A stretch of DNA of 64,000 bases from Phoronis australis (taxonomy: Eukaryota > Animalia > Phoronida), in assembly GCA_002633005.1 (NCBI GenBank), contig NMRA01000262.1, positions 363,735 to 427,734 on the forward strand. Direction: 5' to 3'. Position numbers and translations under genes: made by a program. Of this stretch, positions 24,861 through 38,756 are shown in pieces. How positions within the stretch are numbered: the first letter of the stretch is position 1; every line of letters begins with the position of its first letter. Under the pieces are notes generated by a model. The model ran no database searches. It was given only the letters and a program-made list of their open reading frames with translations, and was not told the DNA's origin.

Positions 24861-25743
24861 TCTTATAACATAAAGTTCAAAATTAACCGTTAGGAGCCGA
24901 GTCTTCACACTACCGTCGGGCTAGTACGTGCGGGATACGCGACAGACTACGTTCCTCTGTACCGTACAAAAACCAGGCTGCTGGAGGAAAACACGAGCGC
25001 CTTTATCACAGGCAATACTTACCTCACTCTTGTGGTCCTTTGGGTCGGTTTCAAACTGAAACGTTTAAGAAAACTAACGTGAATAAAAAAAACGGGTCGA
25101 TTCCTTTCGAAATGATAAATCAAAGCCACAGTATTCTAGTTTTGGTGAGGTGAGAATATGTCGAAATTCCATTCATGTTGTAACTATTTTGCATGAATTG
25201 TTTTGTATAAACTAAAGCTTATCGGAAAGTGAAAGGAAGCGAAACAAAATTGGATTGTTAACTAACGTATCAAAAAGCAGTGGAACTTAATTGTCTTGTA
25301 AAAAGCGATTCTAGATCCTTCAAAATGAGATTTAGCATACATGTAATGCGAAATTGTGAACGTCCTGTTAACAAATTCGCGGTTAATTGTTTGCGTTAAG
25401 GCATTAGGAGTTTAATTTGAACTAACGCACCCACGGTAACATTTCAAATGTAACTGTAAACACAGAATAGCTCAAACTAACGAACAAATGGTAGCATTTC
25501 CAAATATAACTGCGAAAACAGAATAACTTAAAGTGACGCACACATGATGACATTTTGAAACGAAAAAAAAATTGCAGGCGGTCTGATACACGTTGTACCA
25601 GACGTGGGCAGGCCTCGCATGTGGGCCCATTGCACTGATCACCTGGAAATATTTTTATGCTTTATTAGTATATGGTTAAAAACCGAGCTGAGGAGCTAGA
25701 AACCTGGCTCAAGGGTTTAGCAGTGTGACCTGGTGGGACATGA

Positions 25744-26070
25744 CAGTGGCGGATCTAGGATATCACAAAGGGGGGCCCAACATTTTGTCCGGCACTAAGC
25801 ATTTGCGCAAACCACGATTGTACATGCGCATAGCACCGAATGGGGGGAAGTGGAGGGGGGCTCCCCTCCCGCCCAGGAAATGTTTCTGTTTTTTCCTCTA
25901 AAAATCAAGCATTTTCCTTGGTTCCTGAAGTATTATCCAAAAAAAACGGGCAAAAAAAACACGGAGAACGAATCATACAGGAAAACCTGCAAGTGCCAGA
26001 GACTCGAACTCACGACCTAAAGAATAGAGCACGCGTGCTTTACCCCTGCCCCCCCCTAAATCCGCCTATG
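25744..26070. mobile_element. CA...TG MITE with 5-bp TSD inserted in a tRNA-derived SINE-like sequence
   Basis: cagtggcggatctagg ... cctaaatccgcctatg; catga on both flanks; the flanks rejoin as a reverse tRNA-like head (acccacgacctc...aaccaggccac). Confidence 0.8.
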
Positions 26071-28145
26071 CATGAACCCACGACCTCGAGTAAAGAAAGC
26101 GGGCACTTATCAACCAGGCCACACTGCGTCCTCTTTTTGAAACGAAACGGCGAAAACAGAATAACTCAAACTACCGCAAACATGGAAACAGAATAAATCA
26201 AACTAACTAACACATAATATTTTGAAATGAAACGGAGAATACTCTTACTAACGCACACAGTCGAAAGTTTTTCTGTTTTCGGACCGCAGAAGGAACGAGT
26301 GGCCGGGAAAGGTGAAAAAGCAGTCTTTCAACGAATAGTTTTTCAGCAAACGGATCTTTACCCGGGGGTAGGGAAACTCTTTCCATTTTGCTTTCGGTGA
26401 GGAGAATGTCGTCAGATTTCTTACAGTTCCGGTCCAAGGCGCGGAGCCGGGAAAGGGAAAAAACGACTTTGAACGGTTAGTTTTTGGCAAACGAATATTA
26501 ACTTGAAGCCGGACAATTTCGTACTCTGATTGCCAAAAATCTTACTGCTAAAAGTCGGATTGTTTCAGGAAAGGCAAAAAAATACTTTCAATGATTACTT
26601 TTTTCGGCACGGCAAACGGCCTCATACCTATGGGCGAGGAAACTCGCCCATTTTCGCGCTCGGTGCATCGCCGAGAATTTGAACAAGTTCGTTCACACCG
26701 CTTGCAAAAAACTAAGCGTTGAAAGTCGGATATTTTTCCAATTCTGACCGGCTGAGGGCCGAGACAGATAAAAAATCCGATTTTGAAAGGCTAGTTTTAC
26801 GGCAGATAGTCTTCTACCATAGGGTGAGGAAACTCGCCGATTTCATTTCGCTCTTGGCGCTCCACCGAAAATCGCAAAATTTCTGCCAAAACTAACCGTT
26901 GGCAAAGTCGTTTTTTTCCATTTTCAGTTTGATGAATTTGTCTGCCGATTGAAGAAAAACAAATAATTGAGAGTGGAATTGTTCCAGTTTCCGGACTGTG
27001 TCTGCATATGAATGAAAAACTGTTGGGCATGAGCTGTCTTCAACATCTCTTGTGGCGCTTTTTATTGCCCATCTTTCCACAGATTATTATTTTATCTTTA
27101 TGTTATCTGCTTGCGACGCACCTATTATTTTCGGGACATACTTCGAACATAAATGCTATTTCACTCGTTAAATATATTTATGTGAGAAAATAGACTCGTC
27201 TCACTTATATCCCCATCTTTCAGACTGGTCCATTAATCCTTTGTGTAGATTCGCATGCGGTCCTTCTGCACACGAGGCACTAGTACAATATTCCATTTCC
27301 AGCCTCACTATTGGTTCGTTTGTGTCATGGGCCACGAGTTTGGTCAGCTCCTGGCTCCCATAGGCTGATGATTATTACGTGGCATAGGGCTCTTTTATTC
27401 TCAGTAAACATATATTTCCTGCCATCATTACTTCGCTTTATCAGCACTTACGTTCGAGTTTAATCTCTCTTCATTTTTTCCCACCCTCTCCCACCCTCTG
27501 GAACCTCTTACCTGAGTGCTGTGCGTTTTATTGCCCATCTTTCCAGAGATTATTATTTTATCTTTATGTTATCGGTACACTCGTTATTTCCAGTCGGTAC
27601 CGTTATCAGTCATAATAAATGACCTTATATCGCCTATACACGGTCTCCTTTTATCTCTGGAAACGGAGCTTGCGACGCACCTATTATTTTCGTGACATAT
27701 TTCGAACAAAAAAAATGTTAACATTTCTTCTTCCAATTGCCAAAAGACTTAAAGTCGGATTTTTCCATTTCCGGACCGAGGAAGACGCGCTGTGTCGGAA
27801 ACGGTAAATAAGTCCGACTTTCAACGGTTATTTTTTTGGCACTTGGCTTTTTACCTGAGGGCTGGAAACTTAACCATTTTTTGCGCTGTCACCTCCCAAA
27901 AATCAAACAATTTCGTCTGCCGATTGCCGAAGAACTGTTTCTGAAAGTAGGATTTTTTTGCAATTCTGGAGCAAGGCGTATGGCCAATCAATGCAAACAA
28001 AACTATTTTCAATGGTTAGTTTTTACCTGACAGCGGGCAAATTCGCCCATATTTTCTTTCACTGTGTAGACGAAAATTGGACAATTTCGTCCTCCAATTA
28101 CCACAAAGACTAATCGGACTCTGTATAAAAACCAACAGATAGATT

Positions 28146-30423
28146 CCCAAAATCACAGATTTTTTGAGACTTAGCAGAGTTTGGTTTGGTGAAATGTAGA
28201 AAAATCTCATGTTTTACGAATTTTCATCTATTATGTCTCTTTTTATGACCGGTCCCACCATTCTGCAACAAAATTGGGCGCCGACGTCGAAATGTTTGAA
28301 TGCATTTTACTTGCACATATAGAAAGCTGATAACAAATGAGTGATACGCTTTGAAAGGACTATGATTGAATTATTCAATGGTGAACCTTTCAAAATTCAT
28401 TTTCAAGTGTGTATGCTTCAATTTTGTGTTGCAAACACGGCTATTTTGAAGGTTTTCACTGAATTTCCCAGAAATGACTTGATAATAATTTGTTCAGTCA
28501 TTCCTAATCTGTTAATAATTTAAAAAAAACTTGCCTCTTCCGTGGTTTGTGCTTACAAAGCATTACACGAACTGCACTTAGTCCTATTAGCCCGTTCTCA
28601 GATGCCTCAACCACCAATTGAGGGCTCTCGGAACATGTAATTAGCTTGCAAATGGTCTGTAAACTCTGCTCATCATTTCCGAAATAGACGCACAAACAAA
28701 TGCTCATGTTTTCTTTGCTGGTAAGGTATGCAAGGAGCAGAGGGTACAGCTTTTCCAGACACTCGAACAATACCCCAATATTTATAAAAAATATTCTGAA
28801 ATCCCGCAAGTGTACAACAAAATTATTTTTTTTCTATATGGATGAACTCAACCCAAATGAAAATAAGGTTTTATTCGAAATAGTATCAAAATTTCTTTAT
28901 AATATTAAATCTCTGTGTGCGAGTGGATAGAATTGTATACATGTGTACGAAAATGATTTATTTACTTTCGTAATCATATGTCATTTTATACCACAATATT
29001 AGCCTCGAATGGCAGATACAACCGTGTAATAGCTCATAAAGTTATCTCACTAGTGACATAACATTTTGGCGGGAAACCGAGGCCGGCGTCAAGAGTTTCG
29101 AGTCGCCGACTTTATCACTACACCACTCAGCGGCTGACGTCATCGAATTTGAAAATAGAGCACGCGCAACAATCACATGTTCAGCAAAGGGCATTGCACC
29201 AACATTTATACGCTATGAAAAATAAGAAGCATAATTTCCATAAAAAAATATTTTAATTCAGTGAAAATTTTCTCTCGTGTTCTCTCACTTGTAAATCACC
29301 GATCTCCAATTTGAATGCGGGTATCGTGTCGTCGGGATCCTTTGACATGAGCATTATAGTCAGTTACTAGTGGTAATCTACCTTAGCAGACGATATTTTC
29401 CCGGTCAAGCTTAGCGTGATAAAATGTGTAGTAAGCTATAATAGTTGCTAAACCTTAATTTATAGATTCATTTTATTTCCATTTTGTTTTATTTTTCAAT
29501 TAGTTTTAAGTAAAAGCATTATTTGAGAAAAATTGCTCGGCTTTTCTTAAAAGTTCACGACCTCCGACCCCGGGCCTCTCACATAGAAAGCAGTTACAAA
29601 GCCGAAGCGAGTCGAGAAAGGTAGATCGTAACGCTCGTCGGGCGATAATTCTCCAAAATCCACTCGGGCTCTAGATAACCGGGGATAACGACTTCGCCAT
29701 GTAATAATCTATATGTAATTTTAACAAAAGTTTTTTAAATTTACGTAAAATAATTGTATATAGATTTCTCTGTACTTTTTTAACCCAGATATAATGCCTC
29801 TTTGCGCTTTCTGGGTTATTTATATTCATTGTATCGAAGATTTCGTAATAAACATTATAAAAAAGACGCTTTCTGGGTTACGTATATTCATTGTATCGAA
29901 GATTTCGTAATAAACATTATACAAAAAATAGAAAGTTTTGTAAGAAAATTTCACTAAAATAAAAAGTTGAGCTGTCAAATTTGAATAAACATCAAATAAT
30001 TATGCACAGCGTACATTGGTTATTCCAAACACCAAAACACCTTTCAATCTAGTTTGTAAGCTACTTATTTTCATTGCTAAAACATACAGTTTTCGAGATG
30101 GTTAATATGCAAGCTCCGCACCCTTGCGAAAAGTCACGTGACACCCGACAAACAACCAATACGCCAGAGGCACATACACTGTAGTTAAACGATAAAAGTT
30201 TTTTGCACTTTCCGAAAACGCTTAGACAAAGGTAGCAGACGATGCTTTTCAGCTGAGAATCGTACGTTCATGATGTAGAATTTTTAAAGGCGACGATGTA
30301 AATACATGTGTTCGAGGAAAAGTATTTCGGAAACTTCGAAAAGCCGAAGAACACCACACGGGGTTCGCCTTCACGTGACAAATGACAAGGCCAATGATGC
30401 GATATGTACATGTAATGCTGGGT
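28146..30423. mobile_element. dispersed repeat family copy (second copy at ~43515-45537)
   Basis: 28140-28660 aligns to 43505-44060 and 30236-30423 aligns to 45355-45537; the interiors differ; superfamily not assigned. Confidence 0.55.
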
Positions 30424-30490
30424 GTATACCTTCAAGTCGAATTATCTGTACGATGCCATAGATTTCAGGATCTTTTGAACAAAATCAATT

Positions 30491-30786
30491 GGCATCGTTT
30501 ATGGTCATAACTACGACGGTACCTGATCGTCTTCGAACCTCTGACTTACGTTCTTGGCAAATGCTTTCGTAATTGTTCTTACGGCGATCCAAGAATTTCT
30601 CCTCTAACACCTCTTAATCATTACCTCAAGTTCCGAAAACCAACAAAATAGAACCGAGGTCCTATTCCATTATTCCACGCACAATTATTCAGGCAGACTG
30701 CCTGCTTTGAACACTCTAATTTTTTCAAAATAAACGTTCCGGCCACCCGAGACACTCACTTAAGAGCACCAAGGGAAAACCGGGAG
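30491..30786 (-). pseudogene. 18S rRNA pseudogene fragment (V4 and downstream conserved region)
   Basis: Reverse complement of conserved 18S motifs: atcgtttatggtc..actacgacggt, gcaaatgctttcg, ccaagaatttc..ctct, aaaccaacaaaatagaacc..gtcctattccattattcca, ctttgaacactctaattttttc. It has internal deletions relative to a functional 18S. Confidence 0.92.
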
Positions 30787-33710
30787 TAGACAGGGATCCC
30801 TGGGCTTTTTCGGGCATGATAAGGTAACCAATTTTCTTTGGTGCCACAGTGCTCTATTGGTATCCTCATGCTTGGAAATGGTCGTCCGGTGGATGTGGTC
30901 AGGGTAGCCAAGAGAATGACTCTCAAAAATTGAGCTAGATCAATTTTTCTGGTAACCACTTAAAACTGTCTACAATACCTACTGCGTAATCTACTGTATT
31001 AAAATTGGCCAGTGCCACACAATTTCAGTGGTGGGGAGTAACAGCTAGACGGTTATAAACAAGGTAAAAAATTGAGCAAGATCAATCCAAGAGGTAACCG
31101 CATGAAACCAGTTGCAAAATATTCACCGTGAGCCCAGGTATCACGAATAAACACATCTAGTGGTGGTTAGCCTCACCAGACAAGCCCAAAAAAACCCGGG
31201 TTGAGCTAGATTAACCCACCAGGTAACCGCTTGAAAACAATTACGCTATGTTCAGCATCAGTGCTCATGGCACAACAATTAGATGCCCGACAATTTCAGT
31301 GGTGGAGTGCCCCTGTCAGACGATTATCAAATAGGGTTAAAATTGAGCTAGATCAACCCAAGAGAGTTGCAAAATAATCCCCATAGGCCCAGGTATTCGT
31401 AGTCCTATTTTACCAATCTAAACTATTTCCCTTTGTTTTCGGACAAACTTTACCCAAATCCACTTCTTCGTTTGATGCAACTGCTAAAACGAGGAATCAT
31501 ATATAAACAAACCGTACTTTTTGCTGTCGTCTGCGTTATGTATGCGCGACAGCTACCTTCATTTCACACAATGATTAATGAAAAACTTAGCAAAACTGCT
31601 CAGTTTTTGGCACTCTACATCTTTCTTATAAACTACGCCCACTGAGAACTCCAGGAGTACGTCAAGACCAATGACGTCAGTGGCTACATCAACATTTTTC
31701 CAACAATGCTTTATGTATTCTTTGCCCTGATCTACGCCAACTGGGGAACATTGCTTTACCAAAAGTTGACATTCGCAGAACCAATACTACGTGAAGTGCT
31801 GTAAAATGGCGCGTTCTCAGTGCAACGTACGAGGAGGAACTTCTGTAGATCAGCTGCTGACCTCTCTTTAGATCAGTCCGTTAACCGGGATGCAGCATCG
31901 AGCATGATAGGGATAGTGGCTTTCCGCAACTCTGAGAATGCAATGCGTCGATTTTCCCTCTCTATGACACAAAGGGCAACGGCGGTAACTGAGCTTAAAA
32001 CCATGGCATGACATGAAATCAGGTGGAATGCAAAGGGTCAGTGCAATCCTTCAAGAATCAAAAAGATAACGAACAAATGGCAACACTCAGTGTGAAAACT
32101 GACAATTTCTGCAATCCGTTTGCGGACGATGCTCCACTTGTTCTTGTCAACATCGCAGTTGGCCAAGCAGCATCCCAAGCAACGTGACTATCTCATCAAC
32201 GTGCTTATCCGAGGTCATGATGCGAGAGAAAAATTCCAACACGAACGGGAAAACCACACCAATAGGTTTCTGCGACCAGTGAAGTGTACAGCTGTCCAAA
32301 ATTTCGCTGCTGATAACAGGAGGAAGAAAACCAAGGCATCGGCCTCACAGAGACACGAGACAACCGCAGAGAGCCTCAGTGACTTCTTGTTCATACGCGT
32401 AATTGCAGTTGTAGCAGAGAGCACAAACCTCGACCTCCGAAAACTTCTCTCACATCTCAAATCCGAAAAATCTGCTTTGTTTAAAAAATTTGAATTGTTC
32501 CAGACAGAACCTATAACAGGGCTACGGGAAGGTTTTTGATAGCGGATTTCTTCTACATTCAGTTATCTCACAGACGAGAATAGGTGCAACCTACAGATCA
32601 GTTGCACGGTCGATGTTATCAGTGGTCTGTTCGAGACAAGAATGTTGTAAATTCAATTAAGGACAGTACACGGAAACAACTCGGCGAACTTAATTCCACG
32701 TATGCCATGACAAGGCCTGATCAAACTAGGCCCGCGACACAGTTCACAAACACTTCTTAGCAACACTGCGTTCAAGAATGAACTGGTATATGTTTCGTGG
32801 GAAAACCTTGTTTCCCACGGTGGCGACTGCTACCAGTTCTTTCCTAACGATAACCAGCATATCATGGACACAAAACCTGACCACGTTCAAGGCGACCAGG
32901 AGGAAGTGGACACGTTGATTGCGTTCCATGTCGCAAATATCCTTATCGGCTACGTGATAGTGGGGGCTTCAGATACAGATGTCTTAGTAATCTTGCTTGG
33001 TGCACTTGGACTGCAGCGGCGAGAAATATGATCCACGGCCAACGTTGTCATGGACTGTGGGATGAGAACAGTAGGAGATTATTAACATGGCAAACGCTCT
33101 TGAAGAGCTCAAATACGGACTTGCTAGAGCAATGTCTGGATACCACGCCTTCACTGGATGTGACATTTCAGTTTGACGAGAATTGAATTCAATTAGCTGT
33201 TGTTATACGTCTGCCATGTAAATGAAGTCTAAATAACGTGTCATGATTGCCTCCTTTAAATTAAAAATGTTTCTATTATGAATTAGTCTTATACGTCATT
33301 CCTTATTTTTCCGGAAAGGCAAAGTCAATCCCTTGCTGAAAGTGATGAAAAGCTCGCCAATATGTTCACTACTTTTGGAGATGTGCACGACAGCATTCGA
33401 TATCGGTTTGTCACTGGAGTCGTGTATCACATGTAAGCAAAAAGCAAGGTCAAAGATGTTAACAAGGATCTGTTCGTCAAACTTATGGACATGATTGGCA
33501 AAGTTGTTGAGGTATGTAGTGGTAATCCGTAAACAATATAAGTATTCGATCTGATAATATATTGCCATCATCAAAGTCACCTATGCTTATGTTTTTTTAC
33601 TTTTCTTTCAGGAGAACCTACCTGCAAATGTAAAACGAATTGGCTGCGTGTTGCTCCCATTTGTCTTCGTAGCCTACAGATGAAGATTCGCCGAACTCAG
33701 TACGTCACAG

Positions 33711-34882
33711 CATAGATTATAAACAACAGCCGATTTCATAAAGGTGGTTTAAAGTTAAACCTGGTTTAAACTAGATTTAGACCAGGTTTAAAGATAATCT
33801 GCATTTCATAAAGGTGGTTTAACTTTTACACCAGTGGTCTAGTAAAACCTGGTTTAACTCCAATTTAGACCTGGTTTAAGTCAGTTTTCATTTCACCAAC
33901 TAGGTCTATATTCTTTAGACCTGTGTTAAGATCTTAAACCATATTTAACTTTAGACTTGGTCAGACCCAGGTTTAACTGTTAAATACGTCAGACTTGCAT
34001 GGTATAGGTGCAACTGAATGATGCCGCGGAGTGCATTTGCGACGCAGTTTTAGAGCAAAAATGGATTATTTTTACAATATTCAGTTTTACTACGATCAAG
34101 ATCAAACGTAGCAGGGAGGATCCAGGATTTTTAAGAGGGGGGGTGGTCAAGGACTTTTTGAAAGGGGGGACCAAGTCAACAATTTGATATCACTAAAATC
34201 AAAGAAAAGAGGGGCTCCGGACCCCTTGACCTCCCTGGATCCGCCTATGCGTAGACCAGTACTTGCTGGAGTGTGACCAGCGGATTCCTCAGAATACGAC
34301 TGGTCGAGCAGGGCGTCATCGGATTTGACTTAAGGCAGCATCCTCTGATTCTTCTGTCTGAGTTCCACCTCCACTGTTCTCCGATTTAATGTTGCCGGGA
34401 AGGGGTCTTGCCCCCCCCCCCTAGCCGTGAAAAATAAACACTAAAATGACAAGGAAATAAATTTGGGCATTTATCATGTTACATCTACTCGTAAGCGTGC
34501 TCTTTAATGTATGTGTGTTGGGCACAGAAATTACAATTTTCCTGATGAGAAAAGCTTTTAGACCTTTTTCATAAATGTCTGTACTCAGATTCTACTAGTG
34601 TACGCCATTGTATACCCACGTGATCAAGGTTTCATTGAAGCACTTCAATAGTTTCTTTGTTGGGTTTACCCAGCTCGACACAGTGGGGTGCCTTTGATAC
34701 TTTAAAGCTGGTTTTACTGAACCAGCTCCCTGGTCTAGCAAAACCAGTCTTTCAGACTCTTAAACCATGTTGGTGAAATGCACGTCAGGTCTAAAATTAT
34801 ACCAGGTTTAGGAAGACCAGGTTCAAGTCTTAAACCTGGTTTTGTTAAACCACCTTCATGAAATCGGCTGCTATAGTCTATG
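33711..34882. mobile_element. nested insertion: catagattata...tatagtctatg shell around a Harbinger-like element (33727-34870)
   Basis: Flanks gtcacag / gtcacat split the Academ peptide TQYVT|LLWTSA. Inner TIR cagccgatttcat / atgaaatcggctg with many aaacctggttt subterminal palindromes. Confidence 0.7.
34112..34249. mobile_element. CA...TG MITE with 5-bp TSD
   Basis: cagggaggatccagg ... cctggatccgcctatg; cgtag on both flanks. Confidence 0.8.
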
Positions 34883-37800
34883 GTCACATTGCTGTGGACC
34901 AGTGCCGCGACAGCATATCCTGGGGATGGACTGACACACACTGAATATGGTAGGCGTGCAACAGAAACTCGCACGCTATTGCCAATTTGGTTTGAGGGTC
35001 TATTCTCCCTGACATATTGTTCAGTTCGAATGCAGAAGTCAACAACAGTAACCATGGCAATGAAGGAACCATCATTAGAGTTAGTTCGCGTCAAGAATTC
35101 GTCGATTTCGAAGATGAACCAGGAGTGAAGATTCCGACTCCCGGATGAAGAAGATTTATTTAGTTGAGGCTCTTTGGATTTGACTAAAACATGCCCAGTG
35201 AATAAGTTGGCTCATTGGAATGAGATGAATATTGGTTTTAGCTACAAGTCCCCTTTTATTTTTTATGTTTGTTACTGTGTTCTCCAAAATGGGCGAAAAC
35301 ACCTCTACACTGGCTTCATATGGTCGTGTTAGACAGCCTGGAAACTACCAAAGCTGTAATGTGGTAACTTTCCAATTGAGTTAGAATGACAACCATTTCA
35401 TTTGCCCGTCACAGATACACCGGCAATAGAACTGTTCGTTTTATGTCTTCATAGTGCAAATAAAACACAAATTGATTATTCATAGATGTTGTACATGGTG
35501 CTCAATCATCGTGGACACGGCCCGGGCATCCACATTGGGGGAAGGGGTACCCAACCACTACATATTAATCTTTTTGGAAATCATGACTGATTTGCAGTTG
35601 AATTAAATAAAGATTTTAGGTTGTTGTTTCATCTTTTTATTTAATTAATACTCGCATAGATGCATTTGAGTAGAGAGGGGCGTCCCGGCAATAACTTAAC
35701 AGTCGCTCGTGCACTGATTGACCAAACCTTTACATGCTATGGCCCTATCGCTGAATTTGTATGTAGGGAACCTTTTGTTGCAAGCGGAGTGTTGTTGGAC
35801 ATAATGCAAATGGTTTCAAATAGTTACCTGGCGGGTAAATCAGATATTATATTTGGTCGGGTTTGTCCGAGCTAACCCACCACCAGACTTGTCTCGCAGT
35901 CATTCATGATACATGGACTTAGTATAATACGTAAAATATTTTGCAATTGGTTTCTTGTGGTTATCTCTTGGGTTGATTTAGCTCAAATTTTCAATAAATC
36001 ACTATTAATTTTGGCCCTGTGTGCCACGTGCAGTGATGCTGAACATCGTGCAATTGGTTTCAAATTTTTACCAAGTGTTTTGACCTAGCTCAACTCGGGT
36101 AACGCTAGGACCTAGCTATAAAATCTAGCCAAAGTCACGTGTTCTCATTTAAAATACACGGCAATATCCCACGTTATCCCGCGAAATCTTGCTTTTTAGC
36201 GAGGTCCTAGCGTTACTGAACGAGAGGCTGGACTTACGGTGAAGATTTTGCAACTTGTTTTATGCGATTACCTCTTGAGTTGATCTAACTGAACTTGAGT
36301 ATTTGGGCGTGTCTGGCGGGGCTAACCCGCCACTAGATTTGCCTGGTAGAATTATTCTGGATATCTGGGCTTACCGAGATTAATTTGCAACTGGTTTCAC
36401 GTGGTTACCTCTTGGGTTTATCTAGCTCAACTCAGGTATTTGGGCGTGATTGTGGGGGGGGGCTCACCCATCTCACCCATCACTAGATTTGTCTGCTAGT
36501 GTTTATTCGCGATATTGAGCTTGCGATTATTTTGCAACTGGTATTTGCTTGTAAGTGGAACTTTTGTTATAGACAAGTTAACACAAAACTTAAAACTATT
36601 CAAAGTCTCTCTTCAGAAAGCTATAAAAATAGTTTCACACATAAACAAATCAAATGCAATCAAAGGGAATATTTCGTTTTGATCGCGGGACATTTCTATA
36701 GGTAAACAAGAAAATGACAATTCGCAAGCATAATATCAGTAATCACGTCAGCTTTATAAAGAAGCAGCACAACTGCACTGTCTGGGGGTTAAAAACTGAA
36801 GAAATATTGTGGTTTGAATCATTAGTGAATTAGGAATTACTGAACATTAAAGAGTCATTGGCCATTCAGGACCAGCATGCTACTGATTCTCTGAATAACA
36901 TGCAGAGCTCAGTGACCCTAAAGCTATGGTGATGACCTATTTATTATTCCCTGTAATTCTTGCTACACTCATTTCACTACATGGATGTCACATGACTGGT
37001 ATGTCCACACTTGATGTCTTATTGTATATAACCTGATGATGTCTAATGAATAGACGAAATGTCGAATCAGCATGAACTTTTTTATTTGTGCTACGATTGT
37101 CCGTTTTTTGATCCTACTATGGCCAAAAGAGATTTAATTCCAGTAGTGTTTTTAGTAGGGGTATCATACAAATAGTCAATAGATGGCGCATAATGTGTCA
37201 AACTCTTCCGAAGTGAAATGGTGGCGTCATCTCTGTAAAACACAACTATTTGCCAAATTTCATGAAAATGAGCCAACAAACTCCTAACATATAGGGGCAA
37301 ACGGAAAAAAATGACATCAGGGGGCACAGCTATAGTCTGATTTGTCTCTAACTCATCGTCATCTGTTACCATCTCTACAGAAGCCCATCTGCCAAATTTC
37401 GCAAAAATCCTACAAAGGGTTAAGGAGATACAGCTGTAGACGCAAAAAACATTACAGCCCCAAATGGGCACCAGAAGTCAAAAACATCCCAAAATCAACA
37501 TCAGCCAGGATTTTTGCATCAGGAACACGTCAGTTTTCACAATCGTCCTTTGAATGGTTTGGCTGATAGAGATGCAGATGTCAAACACATAATTATGTCA
37601 AACAATTAAAATGGACATCAGATGGCAATGAAAATATCAAATCTGTCCAAAAATGGGAACGTGTTGTCGTCTCCATAATGGAAACCTATTTGCGGTATTT
37701 CATGAAAATACACGTCAACTGAAATTGGAAGGTACAGAGGCAAACTTGGGGTACAGTTTTATTGGGATCAGTTCGACACTCATTACCATTTGTTCACAGC

Positions 37801-38756
37801 TCCACAGGAATACACCTTTAAATCTCACAAAGCTTCTTCAAAGAGATTCGGCTGCAGATGCAAAGAAAATAAAATCGCCACTAGGGGGCGGCACAGCAGT
37901 CGGACATGTTCAAAACTCAATGTCAGTCATGGCCTTCTCATTAGCAACACATCTGTGAATTTTTATCATGATCCTTTGAGCGGTATGGCAGATAGAAAGG
38001 CTGACGACAGAAAACGGACGCAAAAATAACAAAAATATCCACAAGGAAGCGTAAAATTGGTCAAATCTGTCCAAAAATGGAATTATGTTATAATCACCTC
38101 CATACTAAAAGCCTTTATGCCAAATTTCATGAAAATCTGTCAATGATACAGAGGCAAACGTAAAAAAATGAAATTGCCACTAGAGTGCACACCGGTATTC
38201 GAGTTGGTACGAAACTCAACATCAGCCACATAGGAACACAACTGCTAAATTTCACTAAGATCCTGCAAGGGGTATACGAGATACAGTCGCGGACGTCCAG
38301 ACAGAGATTGTATGATTTGGTGCATGCAGAAGAAGACAACAACAGACAAAAAATAATTAAAATGGCAGCAGACAAGATGCTGGATGCCCAGTCGAAGATG
38401 ACAGCACTGTGCACTGACATACAAATATGTGGGTGCAATTACATAGTAAATAAGTTGATTGTGTCACAATGACGGGTTCCATTTTTGACTAGAGTCTGCC
38501 AAAAGTTTAATTCACAAGGAAAACATTGTTAAAATTTAAGAAAAATAAGCAAGAATGATTAATCTTTACACACCCCAACATTCTGGTGACATCAGGTGAT
38601 ACATAATTACATCCAAAATGCTCTCTGTCCCAACCAAGGTTTGAGCCCCCCTAGGACTTTCTGCTAACCTCTTAGCCAACACCTGGCATGTGTGAAGACC
38701 AATAGTTATAGATATTATTGCACTGCCCAGTAAAAGAATAACATTCAATCATCAAG

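Larger units (their letters stand above)
30820..36545 (+). mobile_element. decayed Academ (AcademX-type) DNA transposon; boundaries approximate
   Basis: Inverted subterminal arrays (gagctagatcaacccaagaggtaacc at 30930-31400, reverse at 35820-36540). Broken transposase/XPG-like peptides: GAFSVQRTRRNFCRSAADLSLDQSVNRDAAS, QEEVDTLIAFH..GASDTDVLVILL, SGYHAFTGCD, KIRRTQYVT/LLWTSA..EYG..PIWFEG. Stops and frameshifts are present. Confidence 0.75.
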
